A stretch of DNA of 64,000 nt from an uncultured Bifidobacteriaceae bacterium. Its GTDB lineage: Bacteria > Actinomycetota > Acidimicrobiia > IMCC26256 > PALSA-555. Location: assembly GCA_964501785.1 (NCBI GenBank), contig CAZCUD010000004.1:111652-175651 (forward strand), given 5' to 3'. The notes beneath the pieces are model-generated. The model did no database searches and was not told where the DNA came from. It was given only the letters and a program-made list of their open reading frames with translations. Shown in pieces: positions 37,887 to 46,849 of the stretch; the stretch's first letter is position 1; every line of letters starts with the position of its first letter. Both the position numbers and the translations under genes were made by a program.

Positions 37887-38497
37887 CGCTCACCTGGCTC
37901 GTGAGTCGGTCGGCGGGCATCGTCGCCTGGGCGCTGATCGTGGCGTCCTGCTCGTGGGGGCTGCTCTTGGCCACCCGAGCTCTCGCGCGACGTGGCGTGA
38001 GTCGCCCGTCACCGGCGTGGATCTTCTCGATCCACCGCTTCCTCGGCGCGCTCTGCGTCGTGTTCACCGTGATCCACGTGCTCGCGATCCTCTTCGATCC
38101 CTTCGTCACCTTCTCGGTCACCGACATCCTGGTGCCCTTCGCGTCGACGTGGGAGCCGCTCGCAGTGGCCCTCGGCATCGTCGCGACGTACCTGCTGGTC
38201 GCGATCGAGGTCACGTCGCTGCTTCGCACCAGGATCCCCCCGCGCGTGTGGCGGGGCATACACCTGTCGGCCTACGCGCTGCTCGTGTGCACGAGCGTGC
38301 ACGCCATCGCGGTCGGCACCGACGTGGCGATGCTGGTCCCCACCGCGGCAGGGGTCGTGGTCGCCTGCGCGGTCACGTTCGCGTGTGGGCTCCTGTGGAC
38401 CGTGCGCCGGAACGCGGGGCGGGGGCGCGCCACGCCTACATCTCACCCGCGGCCGCAGCCGCGCGCGCGTGTCGGTGTCGCCACCAACGGTAGGTGA
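37874..38497 (+). CDS. ferric-reductase-like / MsrQ-like transmembrane di-haem protein
   Basis: The GTG at 37874 overlaps the apbE end. It has about 6 TM helices with paired His residues (IHRFLGALCVVFTVIH; GIHLSAYALLVCTSVH). Confidence 0.7.
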   Translation: MLGVTLTWLVSRSAGIVAWALIVASCSWGLLLATRALARRGVSRPSPAWIFSIHRFLGALCVVFTVIHVLAILFDPFVTFSVTDILVPFASTWEPLAVALGIVATYLLVAIEVTSLLRTRIPPRVWRGIHLSAYALLVCTSVHAIAVGTDVAMLVPTAAGVVVACAVTFACGLLWTVRRNAGRGRATPTSHPRPQPRARVGVATNGR

Positions 38498-39056
38498 GGA
38501 ACGCGCCGAGCACGACGGTGATCCCGATCGCGCCACCGATGAGCAGGTCCTTCGGTCCCCCGAGCGCGTCGACGCTGGTGCCGACGACGAAGCCGAACGT
38601 GAAGTGCATCGTGAGCCAGGCCGCGACCCCGATGCAGTCGGCGACGATGAACCGCCGGTAGGGCAGGCCGAGGTCGCCCGCGAGGATGACGACGAGGAAG
38701 CGGACGACGGGCAGGACGCGCCCGATCGCGACGGCCCACATGCCCCAGCGCTCGAAGAACGCGCGGGCCTGCGCGACCCGCGCGTCGTCGATGCCGAGGT
38801 GGCCGTCGAGCTTCGCGGTGATGGCGGGGCCGAAGCGGCGGCCGATCAGGAAGCCGATGCTGTCGCCGATCACGGCACCCACGAAGACGACCGCGATCAC
38901 TGCGGGCGCCGACAGCTCGCCGATCGCGCTGAGGGACGCGGCCCCGATGACCAGGGTGTCGATCGGGAGGACGAGGCCGAGCCCTACGGAGTTCTCGAGG
39001 ATCGCGAACCCGAACAGCGCGAGGTACACCCACGGCCCGTGGAGCAGTCCCTCCAT
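38436..39056 (-). CDS. DedA family membrane protein
   Basis: ATG at 39056 (MEGLLHGPWVYLALFGFAILEN). It has a SNARE-associated/DedA block (GRRFG...FFERWGMWAVAIGRVLPVVR). Confidence 0.8.
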   Translation of the reverse strand: MEGLLHGPWVYLALFGFAILENSVGLGLVLPIDTLVIGAASLSAIGELSAPAVIAVVFVGAVIGDSIGFLIGRRFGPAITAKLDGHLGIDDARVAQARAFFERWGMWAVAIGRVLPVVRFLVVILAGDLGLPYRRFIVADCIGVAAWLTMHFTFGFVVGTSVDALGGPKDLLIGGAIGITVVLGAFLTYRWWRHRHARAAAAAGEM

Positions 39057-39105
39057 CGGAGCATCGTTCCAGGTCCGGTCGCCCGGTGGCGGCAGACTGT
39101 CGGGC

Positions 39106-39735
39106 GTGGATCGTTCCGGCGCCCCCGAGTTCCCCGAGAGCCCCGACGCGGCGATCGCTCGCCTCGTCGAGGGCAACGATCGATTTCGAGAGGGGCAGGC
39201 GCGCAAGCCCCGCCAGGGCACCGTGAGGCGGATGCAGGTCGTCGAGGGTCAGCAGCCGTTCGCGGCGATCCTCGCCTGTGCCGACTCGCGAGTGTCCCCG
39301 GAGGTCGTGTTCGACCAGGGTCTGGGTGACCTGTTCGTCGTGCGCGTCGCCGGGAACACGGCCGCCGACGCGGTCGTCATCGGCAGCCTCGAGTTCGCGG
39401 TCGAGGTCCTCGGTGCGATCGTCGTGCTGGTGCTCGGCCACTCCGACTGCGGTGCGGTGCGAGGTGCGATCGACGTCACGACGAAGGGCGTCTCGCTCCC
39501 GGGTGACATCGACGCGGTGGTCGAACCGATCCTCCCCGTGGTGCGAGCGTTGGGGGAGGTCGGCGACGACGACGGCGCCTTCCTGGACGCCGCCATCGCC
39601 GCCAACGTCAACTCGGTGGTGGCGTCGCTCTCCGCCGTCCCGATCCTCGCCGACCGCATCGCGAACGGATCGTTGAAGGTGATCGGAGGCGAGTACCACC
39701 TCGCGACCGGTGCCGTGGAGCTGGTCGCGACCTGA
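39106..39735 (+). CDS. beta-class carbonic anhydrase
   Basis: It has the zinc-ligand motifs CADSR and HSDCG. The GTG start at 39106 is tentative. Confidence 0.8.
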   Translation: MDRSGAPEFPESPDAAIARLVEGNDRFREGQARKPRQGTVRRMQVVEGQQPFAAILACADSRVSPEVVFDQGLGDLFVVRVAGNTAADAVVIGSLEFAVEVLGAIVVLVLGHSDCGAVRGAIDVTTKGVSLPGDIDAVVEPILPVVRALGEVGDDDGAFLDAAIAANVNSVVASLSAVPILADRIANGSLKVIGGEYHLATGAVELVAT

Positions 39736-39750
39736 GGAGGTGCGACCGCC

Positions 39751-40149
39751 TCAGCTCTTCTTGCCGAGGTAGTCGTCGCCGTCGAGGTAGCTCATGCCCA
39801 CGAGCGCGACCGCCATCACCCGGTCGTCCTTCCCGTGGTCGACCACCTTCACCGACGCGACGGCCCGCCGGTCCGAGACCCGCTCGACGGTCCCCGTCGC
39901 CCGGATGGGGCCGACCCGGCCCGCAGCGAGGTACTCGATCGAGGTCGACGCCGTCGCGACGAGCCGGCCGCTCTCGGCCGCCACGGCGGTCGCCGCGGCG
40001 ATGTCCACGAGTGCCGTCACGAGACCGCCGTGCATCGAGCCCGCCGGGCCGCGCAGGTCGTCGGTCAGGTCGATCTCGACCGTGTAGCCGTCGTCGCCCT
40101 GGAACCGGCGCGCGTCGATCTGGTCGAGGAACTCGCAGCCGAGCGACAC
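39751..40149 (-). CDS. PaaI-family hotdog-fold thioesterase
   Basis: It contains GSMHGGLVTALVDIAAA. 132 aa from the GTG at 40149; the upstream part of ORF 39751..40548 is rejected. Confidence 0.75.
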   Translation of the reverse strand: MSLGCEFLDQIDARRFQGDDGYTVEIDLTDDLRGPAGSMHGGLVTALVDIAAATAVAAESGRLVATASTSIEYLAAGRVGPIRATGTVERVSDRRAVASVKVVDHGKDDRVMAVALVGMSYLDGDDYLGKKS

Positions 40150-40168
40150 GGTGAGGTCGCGCTCCCGG

Positions 40169-40816
40169 CTAGAGGTTCGACTCGAGGTTGTCGACGACGA
40201 GAGTCGCCAGGTCTTCCGAACCCGAGAACGGTGCACCGACGGCAGAGAACGTGAGCACTGCGAGGCCCCTGCCGACCCGTACGAGACCGGTCTCGACATA
40301 GAGGTCAGTGATCGTTCCGTCCGCTTCGGTGATCGAGATGACGCCCTGCCAGACGATCGAGTCGTCACCGAGCGGCACGGATGTCGGCTCGAGCTCGTAC
40401 TCGGCGCTGTCGCCGGGCTCGAGGTTCTCCTCGAGGTCCGACTCGATCTGCTGCTCGATGCACCGGGGTGCCCGCGCGCCCGAGTACGCCTTGATCGGCC
40501 GCTTCGCGTCACCCACACTGTCGTAGACGACGACTCGGCTCTCGGCATCGGTACCGGCTTCGTCGGTGAACGCCGTCACGGCATGCGGAGTGTCCTCGGC
40601 GTCGTTGATGACGTTGCGGATCTGCTTGCAGACCGCACCGGAAGGGGGCGGGTCGTCACTCGGGTCGGTCTCGACAAGTCCGTAGTCGAGGACGTCGTCC
40701 TCGGTGAGCACCGAGTCCTCGGCGATCGCCTCGTCGCTCGAGCCGGCGATGGCCGGGGCCGCCCACGCGCACGAGAGCGTGAGGACGAGTCCGAGCAGCA
40801 GTGGCAGTCGACGCAT
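40169..40816 (-). CDS. secreted protein of unknown function
   Basis: ATG at 40816. The signal peptide is MRRLPLLLGLVLTLSCAWAAPAIA, and the mature part is acidic. Confidence 0.6.
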   Translation of the reverse strand: MRRLPLLLGLVLTLSCAWAAPAIAGSSDEAIAEDSVLTEDDVLDYGLVETDPSDDPPPSGAVCKQIRNVINDAEDTPHAVTAFTDEAGTDAESRVVVYDSVGDAKRPIKAYSGARAPRCIEQQIESDLEENLEPGDSAEYELEPTSVPLGDDSIVWQGVISITEADGTITDLYVETGLVRVGRGLAVLTFSAVGAPFSGSEDLATLVVDNLESNL

Positions 40817-40919
40817 GAGCGTTGTCCCTCCGGTCCGGCCCGCCCGTCTGTCGGTGGCGGACGTTATCGGCAAGCGCGCCCGCCGAGCACACTCCGAGGC
40901 GACCGTAGGCTGCGGTCCC

Positions 40920-41771
40920 GTGGAGCCGACCTTCGACGACGCGCTCGACGAGCTGTACGGGGTCGCTCCCGACGAGTTCGTGCTGGTGCGTGCTCGGCTG
41001 GAGAAGGAGCTGAGGTCGGCGGGCGATGCCGACGGTGCCGCCGCCCTGAAGCGACGCCGACGCCCCCACCTCGCGGCGTGGGCTTGCAACCAGCTGGCTC
41101 GCCGCGATCCCGACGGCGTCGCACGTCTCTTCGCGGTCACGGGTGAGGTTGCGGCCGCACAGCAGGCCGCGCTCGCCGGTGGGTCGGGTGACGAGCTGCG
41201 TGAGGCCGCGCGCGAACGACAGCAGGTCCTCGAGGCGCTCAGCGACGAGGCAGTGCGGATGCTCGACGGCGCCGCCCCCAAGCCCAGCCAGTACCGCGAC
41301 AACATCGTCGCGACCCTGGACGCGGCGTCGATGGAGCCCGAGCGGAGCGACGAGCTGCGCGCCGGCCGGCTGACGCAGCCACTCCTGGCGCCTGCGGGCT
41401 TCGGGCCGCTCGACGCCGCGCTGGTCTCGGGAGCGAACGCGCCTCGCGAGCGGCGAGCGTCGGCTCGCGAGCTCGACAAGGCGCGCCGCGCGGTCGACAA
41501 GGCCCGTCGGGAGGCCGAGGACGCCCAGGCGGTCGTGGAGGAGGTCGACGCCGACGTCACGAGCTCCCAGCTCCAGCTCGACACCGCGACCGGGCACGTC
41601 GGGGAGGTCGAGCGGGCGCTCGAGCGGGCCCGGGATGCCGCGACCGAGGCGGCCCGTCAGCTGTCGGTGGCGCGCGAGGCGGCCGAGACCGCACGGCGCA
41701 ACGCCCGCGACGCGACCGCCCGCCTCGAAGAGGCAGAGGCTCGTCTGGCTAGTCTCCAGGCCGATGTCTGA
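40920..41771 (+). CDS. hypothetical protein with Ala/Arg/Glu-rich coiled-coil C-terminus
   Basis: GTG at 40920 (VEPTFDDALDELYGVAPDEFV...). No recognised catalytic motif. Confidence 0.5.
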   Translation: MEPTFDDALDELYGVAPDEFVLVRARLEKELRSAGDADGAAALKRRRRPHLAAWACNQLARRDPDGVARLFAVTGEVAAAQQAALAGGSGDELREAARERQQVLEALSDEAVRMLDGAAPKPSQYRDNIVATLDAASMEPERSDELRAGRLTQPLLAPAGFGPLDAALVSGANAPRERRASARELDKARRAVDKARREAEDAQAVVEEVDADVTSSQLQLDTATGHVGEVERALERARDAATEAARQLSVAREAAETARRNARDATARLEEAEARLASLQADV

Positions 41772-42213
41772 GGGGGGCGCGCTGCACGCCGACGTGACGC
41801 TGGAGTACCCGTTCACGCGATCGACGGGTCCGGTCGTCGGCGCGTTCCTCACCGCTCTCCGCGAGGGCTTCGTCGTCGGCGTGAAGCGTGCTGACGGCAC
41901 CGTCCTCGTGCCGCCGTGCGAGTACGACCCGGCGACGGCGGAGCCGCTCACCGAGATCGTCGAGGTCGGCGACGCCGGCGTCGTCACCAGCTGGTGCTGG
42001 AACGGCGAGCCGCGTCCCGGTCAGCCGTTCGACGTCGCCTATGCCTGGGCGATGATCCGGCTCGACGGGGCCGACACCGCGATGCTCCACGCGGTGCACG
42101 TGCCCGAGCGCCAGGCGATGGAGACGGGCATGCGGGTCGAGGCGGTCTGGCGCACCGAGCGCGAAGGCCACATCGCCGACATCGAGTGCTTCGTGCCCGA
42201 GGGCGACGGATGA
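41764..42213 (+). CDS. DUF35-type OB-fold protein (thiolase-associated)
   Basis: ATG at 41764. The size, the OB-fold-like C-terminal half and its position directly before a second DUF35 gene and two thiolase-like genes support the call. Confidence 0.65.
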   Translation: MSEGGALHADVTLEYPFTRSTGPVVGAFLTALREGFVVGVKRADGTVLVPPCEYDPATAEPLTEIVEVGDAGVVTSWCWNGEPRPGQPFDVAYAWAMIRLDGADTAMLHAVHVPERQAMETGMRVEAVWRTEREGHIADIECFVPEGDG

Positions 42214-42821
42214 CCACCGATCCGCTCGCGCCCGTCGTCCCACCGGTGTCCCTGCCGCCCCGCCTGCAGGGCGTGGAAGCCGTGCAGAGCGTGCGCACGC
42301 CGTTCCACCTCGAGTACCGAGCGTCCTCCGGTCAGCACATGGCCGCGTTCCTGCGCGGCATGCGCGAGAAGAAGATCCTCGGCGAGCGTTGCCCGACGAC
42401 CGGGCAGGTCTTCGTGCCGCCGCGCGGCGTCACGCCGACGTCGGGGCTCGCGACGACCGAGCTCGTCGAGCTCCGCGACACCGGATACGTCGAGTCCTTC
42501 TGCATCACGCGGGTCCCCATCCCGGGGCGTGACGACCTGGAGCTGCCCTACGTGAGCGCGTGGGTCGTCCTCGACGGCGCGAGCGTCGGCTTCATCGGGC
42601 TCGTCGCCGGGATCCCGGCCGACGAGGTGCGCCTGGGCCTTCGGGTGAAGGCGGTGTGGCGCCCCGACGACGAGTTGCGCGAGACGGCCGACAACATCCA
42701 CCACTGGGCGCCGACGGGCGAGCCCGACGTGGAGATCGCCTCCTACGAGCTCATCGGCGCGCCCGGGAGGCCGGCAGAGCCCGCGACCGGTCCCGACGAC
42801 GCTCAGGGCGGTGGCGGATGA
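42210..42821 (+). CDS. DUF35-type Zn-ribbon/OB-fold protein (thiolase-associated)
   Basis: The ATG at 42210 overlaps the previous stop (ATGA). It has the pattern KILGERCPTTGQVFVPPR and a downstream OB-fold region. Confidence 0.65.
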   Translation: MTTDPLAPVVPPVSLPPRLQGVEAVQSVRTPFHLEYRASSGQHMAAFLRGMREKKILGERCPTTGQVFVPPRGVTPTSGLATTELVELRDTGYVESFCITRVPIPGRDDLELPYVSAWVVLDGASVGFIGLVAGIPADEVRLGLRVKAVWRPDDELRETADNIHHWAPTGEPDVEIASYELIGAPGRPAEPATGPDDAQGGGG

Positions 42822-43870
42822 CCGACATCGCCGTCGTCGCCTACGCCGCGCGCGCTTCCCAGATCATCGACGACAACGAGATCGAGATGATGGCGCCCGT
42901 CATCGAAGCGGTGCGCGAAGACGCGGGCCTCGGTCCCGACGAGCTCGACTTCACGTGCTCGGGGTCGTCCGACTTCCTGGCCGGTGCCGCGTTCTCCTTC
43001 GTCATGACCGTCGACGCGACGCGGCCCGTGCCCCCGATCGTCGAGTCGCACGTCGAGATGGACGGCGCCTGGGCGCTCTACGAGGCCTGGGTCAAGCTCC
43101 AACTCGGCGAGGCGAAGACGGCGCTGATCTACGGCTACGGCAAGTCGTCGCCGGGCTCGTTGCGCGACGTCCTCGCGACCCAGCTCGATCCGTACTACGC
43201 CGCGCCGTTGAAGCCGGACGCGTTCGGCATCGCCGGGCTCCAGGCGCGCTGCATGCTCGACGCCGGCGACGTCACCGAGCGGCAGATGGCCGAGATCGCG
43301 TCGCGATCGCTCGCGTCGGCCACCGGCAACCCGACCGCCATCCGGACGGGGGAGCGGTCGGTCGACGACCTGCTCGCCGAGCCGCTCCTCCACGACCCGT
43401 TGCGAGCGCACGATCTCCCCGCGCGCGCCGACGGCGGCGCGGCGATCGTCCTCGCCGTGCGCGAGGTCGCCGAGAAGGTGTGCGAGCGACCTGCATGGAT
43501 CACCGGCATGGACCACCGCATGGACATGCACCACTTCGGAGCCCGCGATCCGCGGCGTGCGCCCTCGGCCCGCCTCGCCGCCGAGGCGCTCGGCGTCGGC
43601 AGCGACAAGATCGACGTCGCAGAGCTCGACGCTCCCTTCACGCACAACGAAGCCCTGCTCGTGCGAGAGCTCGGTCTCGATGCCGAACGCACGTCGATCA
43701 ACCCGTCCGGCGGGTCGCTGTGCGGTCACGTGATGATGGGCGCCGGGCTGATGCGCATCGGTGAGGCGGCTGCCCGGATCCACTCGGGTGACGCCGACCG
43801 GGCGGTCGCGCACGCCACGAGCGGTCCGTGGCTCCAGCAGAACCTCGTCGCGACGCTGGAAGGAAGCTGA
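42818..43870 (+). CDS. thiolase-like protein (non-canonical subunit)
   Basis: The ATG at 42818 overlaps the previous stop. It has thiolase-fold C-terminal blocks (INPSGGSLCGHVMMGAGL). Confidence 0.7.
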   Translation: MTDIAVVAYAARASQIIDDNEIEMMAPVIEAVREDAGLGPDELDFTCSGSSDFLAGAAFSFVMTVDATRPVPPIVESHVEMDGAWALYEAWVKLQLGEAKTALIYGYGKSSPGSLRDVLATQLDPYYAAPLKPDAFGIAGLQARCMLDAGDVTERQMAEIASRSLASATGNPTAIRTGERSVDDLLAEPLLHDPLRAHDLPARADGGAAIVLAVREVAEKVCERPAWITGMDHRMDMHHFGARDPRRAPSARLAAEALGVGSDKIDVAELDAPFTHNEALLVRELGLDAERTSINPSGGSLCGHVMMGAGLMRIGEAAARIHSGDADRAVAHATSGPWLQQNLVATLEGS

Positions 43871-43873
43871 CCG

Positions 43874-45031
43874 ATGGCGAAGGAGCGTTGCGCCGTCATC
43901 GGAGTGGGGCAGACGAAGTACCTGGCGACCCGTGGCGACGTGTCGATCGCCGGCCTCGTGCGAGAGGCCGCGCTGCGAGCCCTGGCGGACGCCGGTCTCG
44001 AGTGGTCCGACATCGACGCGGTCGTCATCGGCAAGGCGCCCGACTTCTTCGAGGGCGTCATGATGCCCGAGATCATCCTCGGTGAGGCGCTCGGTGGCGT
44101 CGGCAAGCCGGTGCTGCGCGTGCACACCGCCGGCTCGGTCGGTGGCTCGACCGCGATCGTCGCCTCCACCCTGGTCGAGTCGGGGATCCACCAGCGCGTG
44201 CTGGCGCTGGGCTTCGAGAAGCAGAGCGAGTCCAACGCCATGTGGGCACTCTCGTTGCCGCAGGCGTTCCAGACGTCGATCAACGCGGGCGCGGGCGGCT
44301 ACTTCTCGCCGATCATCCGTCGCTACATGGCGATGAGCAACGCACCCGAGCTCGTCGGCTGTCTCGTCGCGTTCAAGGACCGCCAGCACGCGTTGAAGAA
44401 CCCGTACGCACACCTGCACCAGCCCGATCTCACGTTCGACCAGGTCGTCGACTCGCCGATGCTCTGGGACCCGATCCGCTACAGCGAGACGTGCCCGTCG
44501 TCCGACGGCGCGTGCGCGGTCGTGCTCGCCAGCGAGTCGGCTGCCGCCGCCGCACCGAACCCGGTCGCGTGGGTCGACGCGACCGCGATGCGCAGCGAGG
44601 CCAACAACTTCGGCGGGCGCAACATGGTCGACCCGGCCGCGTCCTCCATGTGCGCCGCGGACCTCTACCGCAAGGCAGGCATCACGAGCCCCCGCGACGA
44701 GATCGACGTCGTCGAGATGTACGTGCCGTTCAGCTGGTACGAGCCGATGTGGCTCGAGAGCCTGGGGTTCGCGGAGAAGGGCGAGGGCTGGCGCCTCGTC
44801 GAGGACGGCACGACCCGCCTCGGTGGCGATCTCCCGGTGAACACCTCGGGCGGCGTGCTGTCGTCGAACCCGATCGGTGCGTCGGGGATGGTCCGCTTCG
44901 CAGAGGCCGCGCTCCAGGTGCGAGGGATGGCCGGGGAGCACCAGGTCGACGGTGCGAAGCGGGCGCTCGGTCACGCGTACGGCGGCGGCGCCCAGTACTT
45001 CGCCATGTGGATGGTCAGCGCCGACGACTGA
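43874..45031 (+). CDS. thiolase / SCP-x-type lipid-transfer protein
   Basis: It has VIGVGQTKY, VNTSGGVLSSNPIGASG and GGGAQYFAMW, typical of the non-specific lipid-transfer/thiolase family. Confidence 0.85.
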   Translation: MAKERCAVIGVGQTKYLATRGDVSIAGLVREAALRALADAGLEWSDIDAVVIGKAPDFFEGVMMPEIILGEALGGVGKPVLRVHTAGSVGGSTAIVASTLVESGIHQRVLALGFEKQSESNAMWALSLPQAFQTSINAGAGGYFSPIIRRYMAMSNAPELVGCLVAFKDRQHALKNPYAHLHQPDLTFDQVVDSPMLWDPIRYSETCPSSDGACAVVLASESAAAAAPNPVAWVDATAMRSEANNFGGRNMVDPAASSMCAADLYRKAGITSPRDEIDVVEMYVPFSWYEPMWLESLGFAEKGEGWRLVEDGTTRLGGDLPVNTSGGVLSSNPIGASGMVRFAEAALQVRGMAGEHQVDGAKRALGHAYGGGAQYFAMWMVSADD

Positions 45032-45146
45032 CCGGGCCACGGCCGAGGACGCCAGCGGCCTCCCCAGTCCCTCCCGCGTCGGCAGCGATGTCGACCGCGG
45101 AGGTCGACAACGCTGCCAACGCGGGCGGGGCGTCGGCCGGATATGG

Positions 45147-45160
45147 TTGTAGGCCTACAA
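45147..45160. promoter_or_regulatory. perfect 14-bp palindrome TTGTAGGCCTACAA, candidate operator (MarR?)
   Basis: Read directly. It is embedded in a locally AT-rich stretch 44 bp upstream of the NMO gene start at 45204. Confidence 0.35.
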
Positions 45161-45203
45161 GTAGTTCGCCGGGTGGGTCCGGCGACGACCTCGGGGGGCC
45201 TGC

Positions 45204-46337
45204 GTGCGCACGCCGATCTGTGACCGACTCGGGATCGAGTTCCCGATCTTCGCCTTCTCGCACTGTCGTGACGTCGTCGCCGCGGTGAGTCGCGCCGGCG
45301 GCTACGGGGTGCTCGGCGCGCTCGCGTTCGCGCCGGAGGAGCTCGAGATCGAGCTCACCTGGATCGACGAGCACGTCGACGGCAAGCCCTACGGCGTCGA
45401 CATCGTCATGCCTGCGAAGTACGTCGGGAAGGGTGGCGGTGACGAGGCGAGCGTCACCAACCTCGACTCGCTGATCCCCGCGGAGCACAAGCAGTTCGTC
45501 GAGGACCTGCTGACCGAGCACGGCGTGCCACCGCTGCCCGAGGAGGTGGCCGGGGCGACGCCCAAGGCCGCGGGCCTCAACGTCGACCTCGAGGGGCCCG
45601 GCCAGGTCGAGGTCTCGCTCGCGCACGGGGCGAGCATGCTCGTGAACGCGCTCGGGCCGCCGCCGCCCGAGGTCATCGAGCAGGCCCATGCCGCGGGCGT
45701 GCTCGTCGGTGGACTGTGCGGCTCGAAGGTCCACGCGGAGCGCCAGGTCGAGATGGGGGTCGACGTGATCGTCGCCCAGGGCACCGAGGCCGGCGGGCAC
45801 TGCGGCGAGATCAGCACGATGGTGCTCATCCCGGAGGTGGTGGACGCGGTCGGTGACCGCGCGGCCGTGCTCGCCGCGGGCGGCATCGGCTCCGGGCGGC
45901 AGATGGCGGCGGCGATGGCGCTCGGCGCGCAGGGCGTGTGGACGGGCTCGATCTGGCTCACCGTCGCCGAGGCCGACACGCAACCGCTCGTCGTGGAGAA
46001 GCTGCTCGCGGCGTCGTCGCGTGACACGGTCCGATCGCGCGCGATGACGGGCAAGCCGGCGCGTCAGCTGCGAAGCGGCTGGACGGAGGCGTGGGAGCGC
46101 GAGGACACGCCCGACCCGCTGCCGATGCCGCTCCAGGGCCTCTTGTTCAACGGCGCCGGTCGACGGATCAGCCGGTCGCAGAACCGCGAGCTCTCGGGCT
46201 TCCCGGTCGGACAGATCGTGGGGAGCATGGACCGCGTGCGCCCGGCGCGCGACGTGGTCTTCGACATGGTGCAGGAGTGGATCGAGACGACCGAGCGGAT
46301 GCAGGCCCTGATCGGCGAGGACGCGCCGACAGCGTGA
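45204..46337 (+). CDS. nitronate monooxygenase (NMO/2-nitropropane dioxygenase-like FMN enzyme)
   Basis: It has ICDRLGIEFPIF, the TIM-barrel FMN pattern VIVAQGTEAGGH, and AAGGIGSGRQ. Confidence 0.85.
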   Translation: MRTPICDRLGIEFPIFAFSHCRDVVAAVSRAGGYGVLGALAFAPEELEIELTWIDEHVDGKPYGVDIVMPAKYVGKGGGDEASVTNLDSLIPAEHKQFVEDLLTEHGVPPLPEEVAGATPKAAGLNVDLEGPGQVEVSLAHGASMLVNALGPPPPEVIEQAHAAGVLVGGLCGSKVHAERQVEMGVDVIVAQGTEAGGHCGEISTMVLIPEVVDAVGDRAAVLAAGGIGSGRQMAAAMALGAQGVWTGSIWLTVAEADTQPLVVEKLLAASSRDTVRSRAMTGKPARQLRSGWTEAWEREDTPDPLPMPLQGLLFNGAGRRISRSQNRELSGFPVGQIVGSMDRVRPARDVVFDMVQEWIETTERMQALIGEDAPTA

Positions 46338-46849
46338 GCCGATCCGAGCTGGCGCGCGACGCCGATCTCGTCGCCATCTACGACTTCACCACGCTCGTGT
46401 CGGCGAGCGCGCGCAGCGTCCGCCAGCACGAGCGGATGGTGCGCGCGGTGGGCGAGCCGATCACCGGTGCAGGCCTGCTCGCGCTGCGGGCGATCGAGCG
46501 TCACGGGCCGCTGACGCCCTCCGAGGTCGCTCGTCGCCTCCAGGTCGACCAGTCGACCGCGAGCCGTCATCTCGCGGCGCTCGCCGAGCAGGGCTTCGTC
46601 GTCCGCGAGAGCGACCCCGACGACGGGCGCGTGTCGTGGCTCCGGGTGGCACCGGAGGGGCAGCGGGTCCTCGACCGGGCACGCGACGTCGTGCTGCACG
46701 ACTTCGATGCCGCGCTCTCGGCATGGACTGCCGACGACCGCCGCACCCTGGCCGAGCTCCTGACCCGGCTGCGCGAGGCCCTCCTGCAGGCCGAGGTCGA
46801 CGAAGGCGGCTGGTCGAAGCCGCCCGCAGCGGCCAGAGTGAGGCCGTGA
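46334..46849 (+). CDS. MarR family transcriptional regulator
   Basis: The GTG at 46334 overlaps the NMO stop. The winged HTH is LTPSEVARRLQVDQSTASRHLAALAEQGFV...DGR. Confidence 0.85.
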   Translation: MSRSELARDADLVAIYDFTTLVSASARSVRQHERMVRAVGEPITGAGLLALRAIERHGPLTPSEVARRLQVDQSTASRHLAALAEQGFVVRESDPDDGRVSWLRVAPEGQRVLDRARDVVLHDFDAALSAWTADDRRTLAELLTRLREALLQAEVDEGGWSKPPAAARVRP

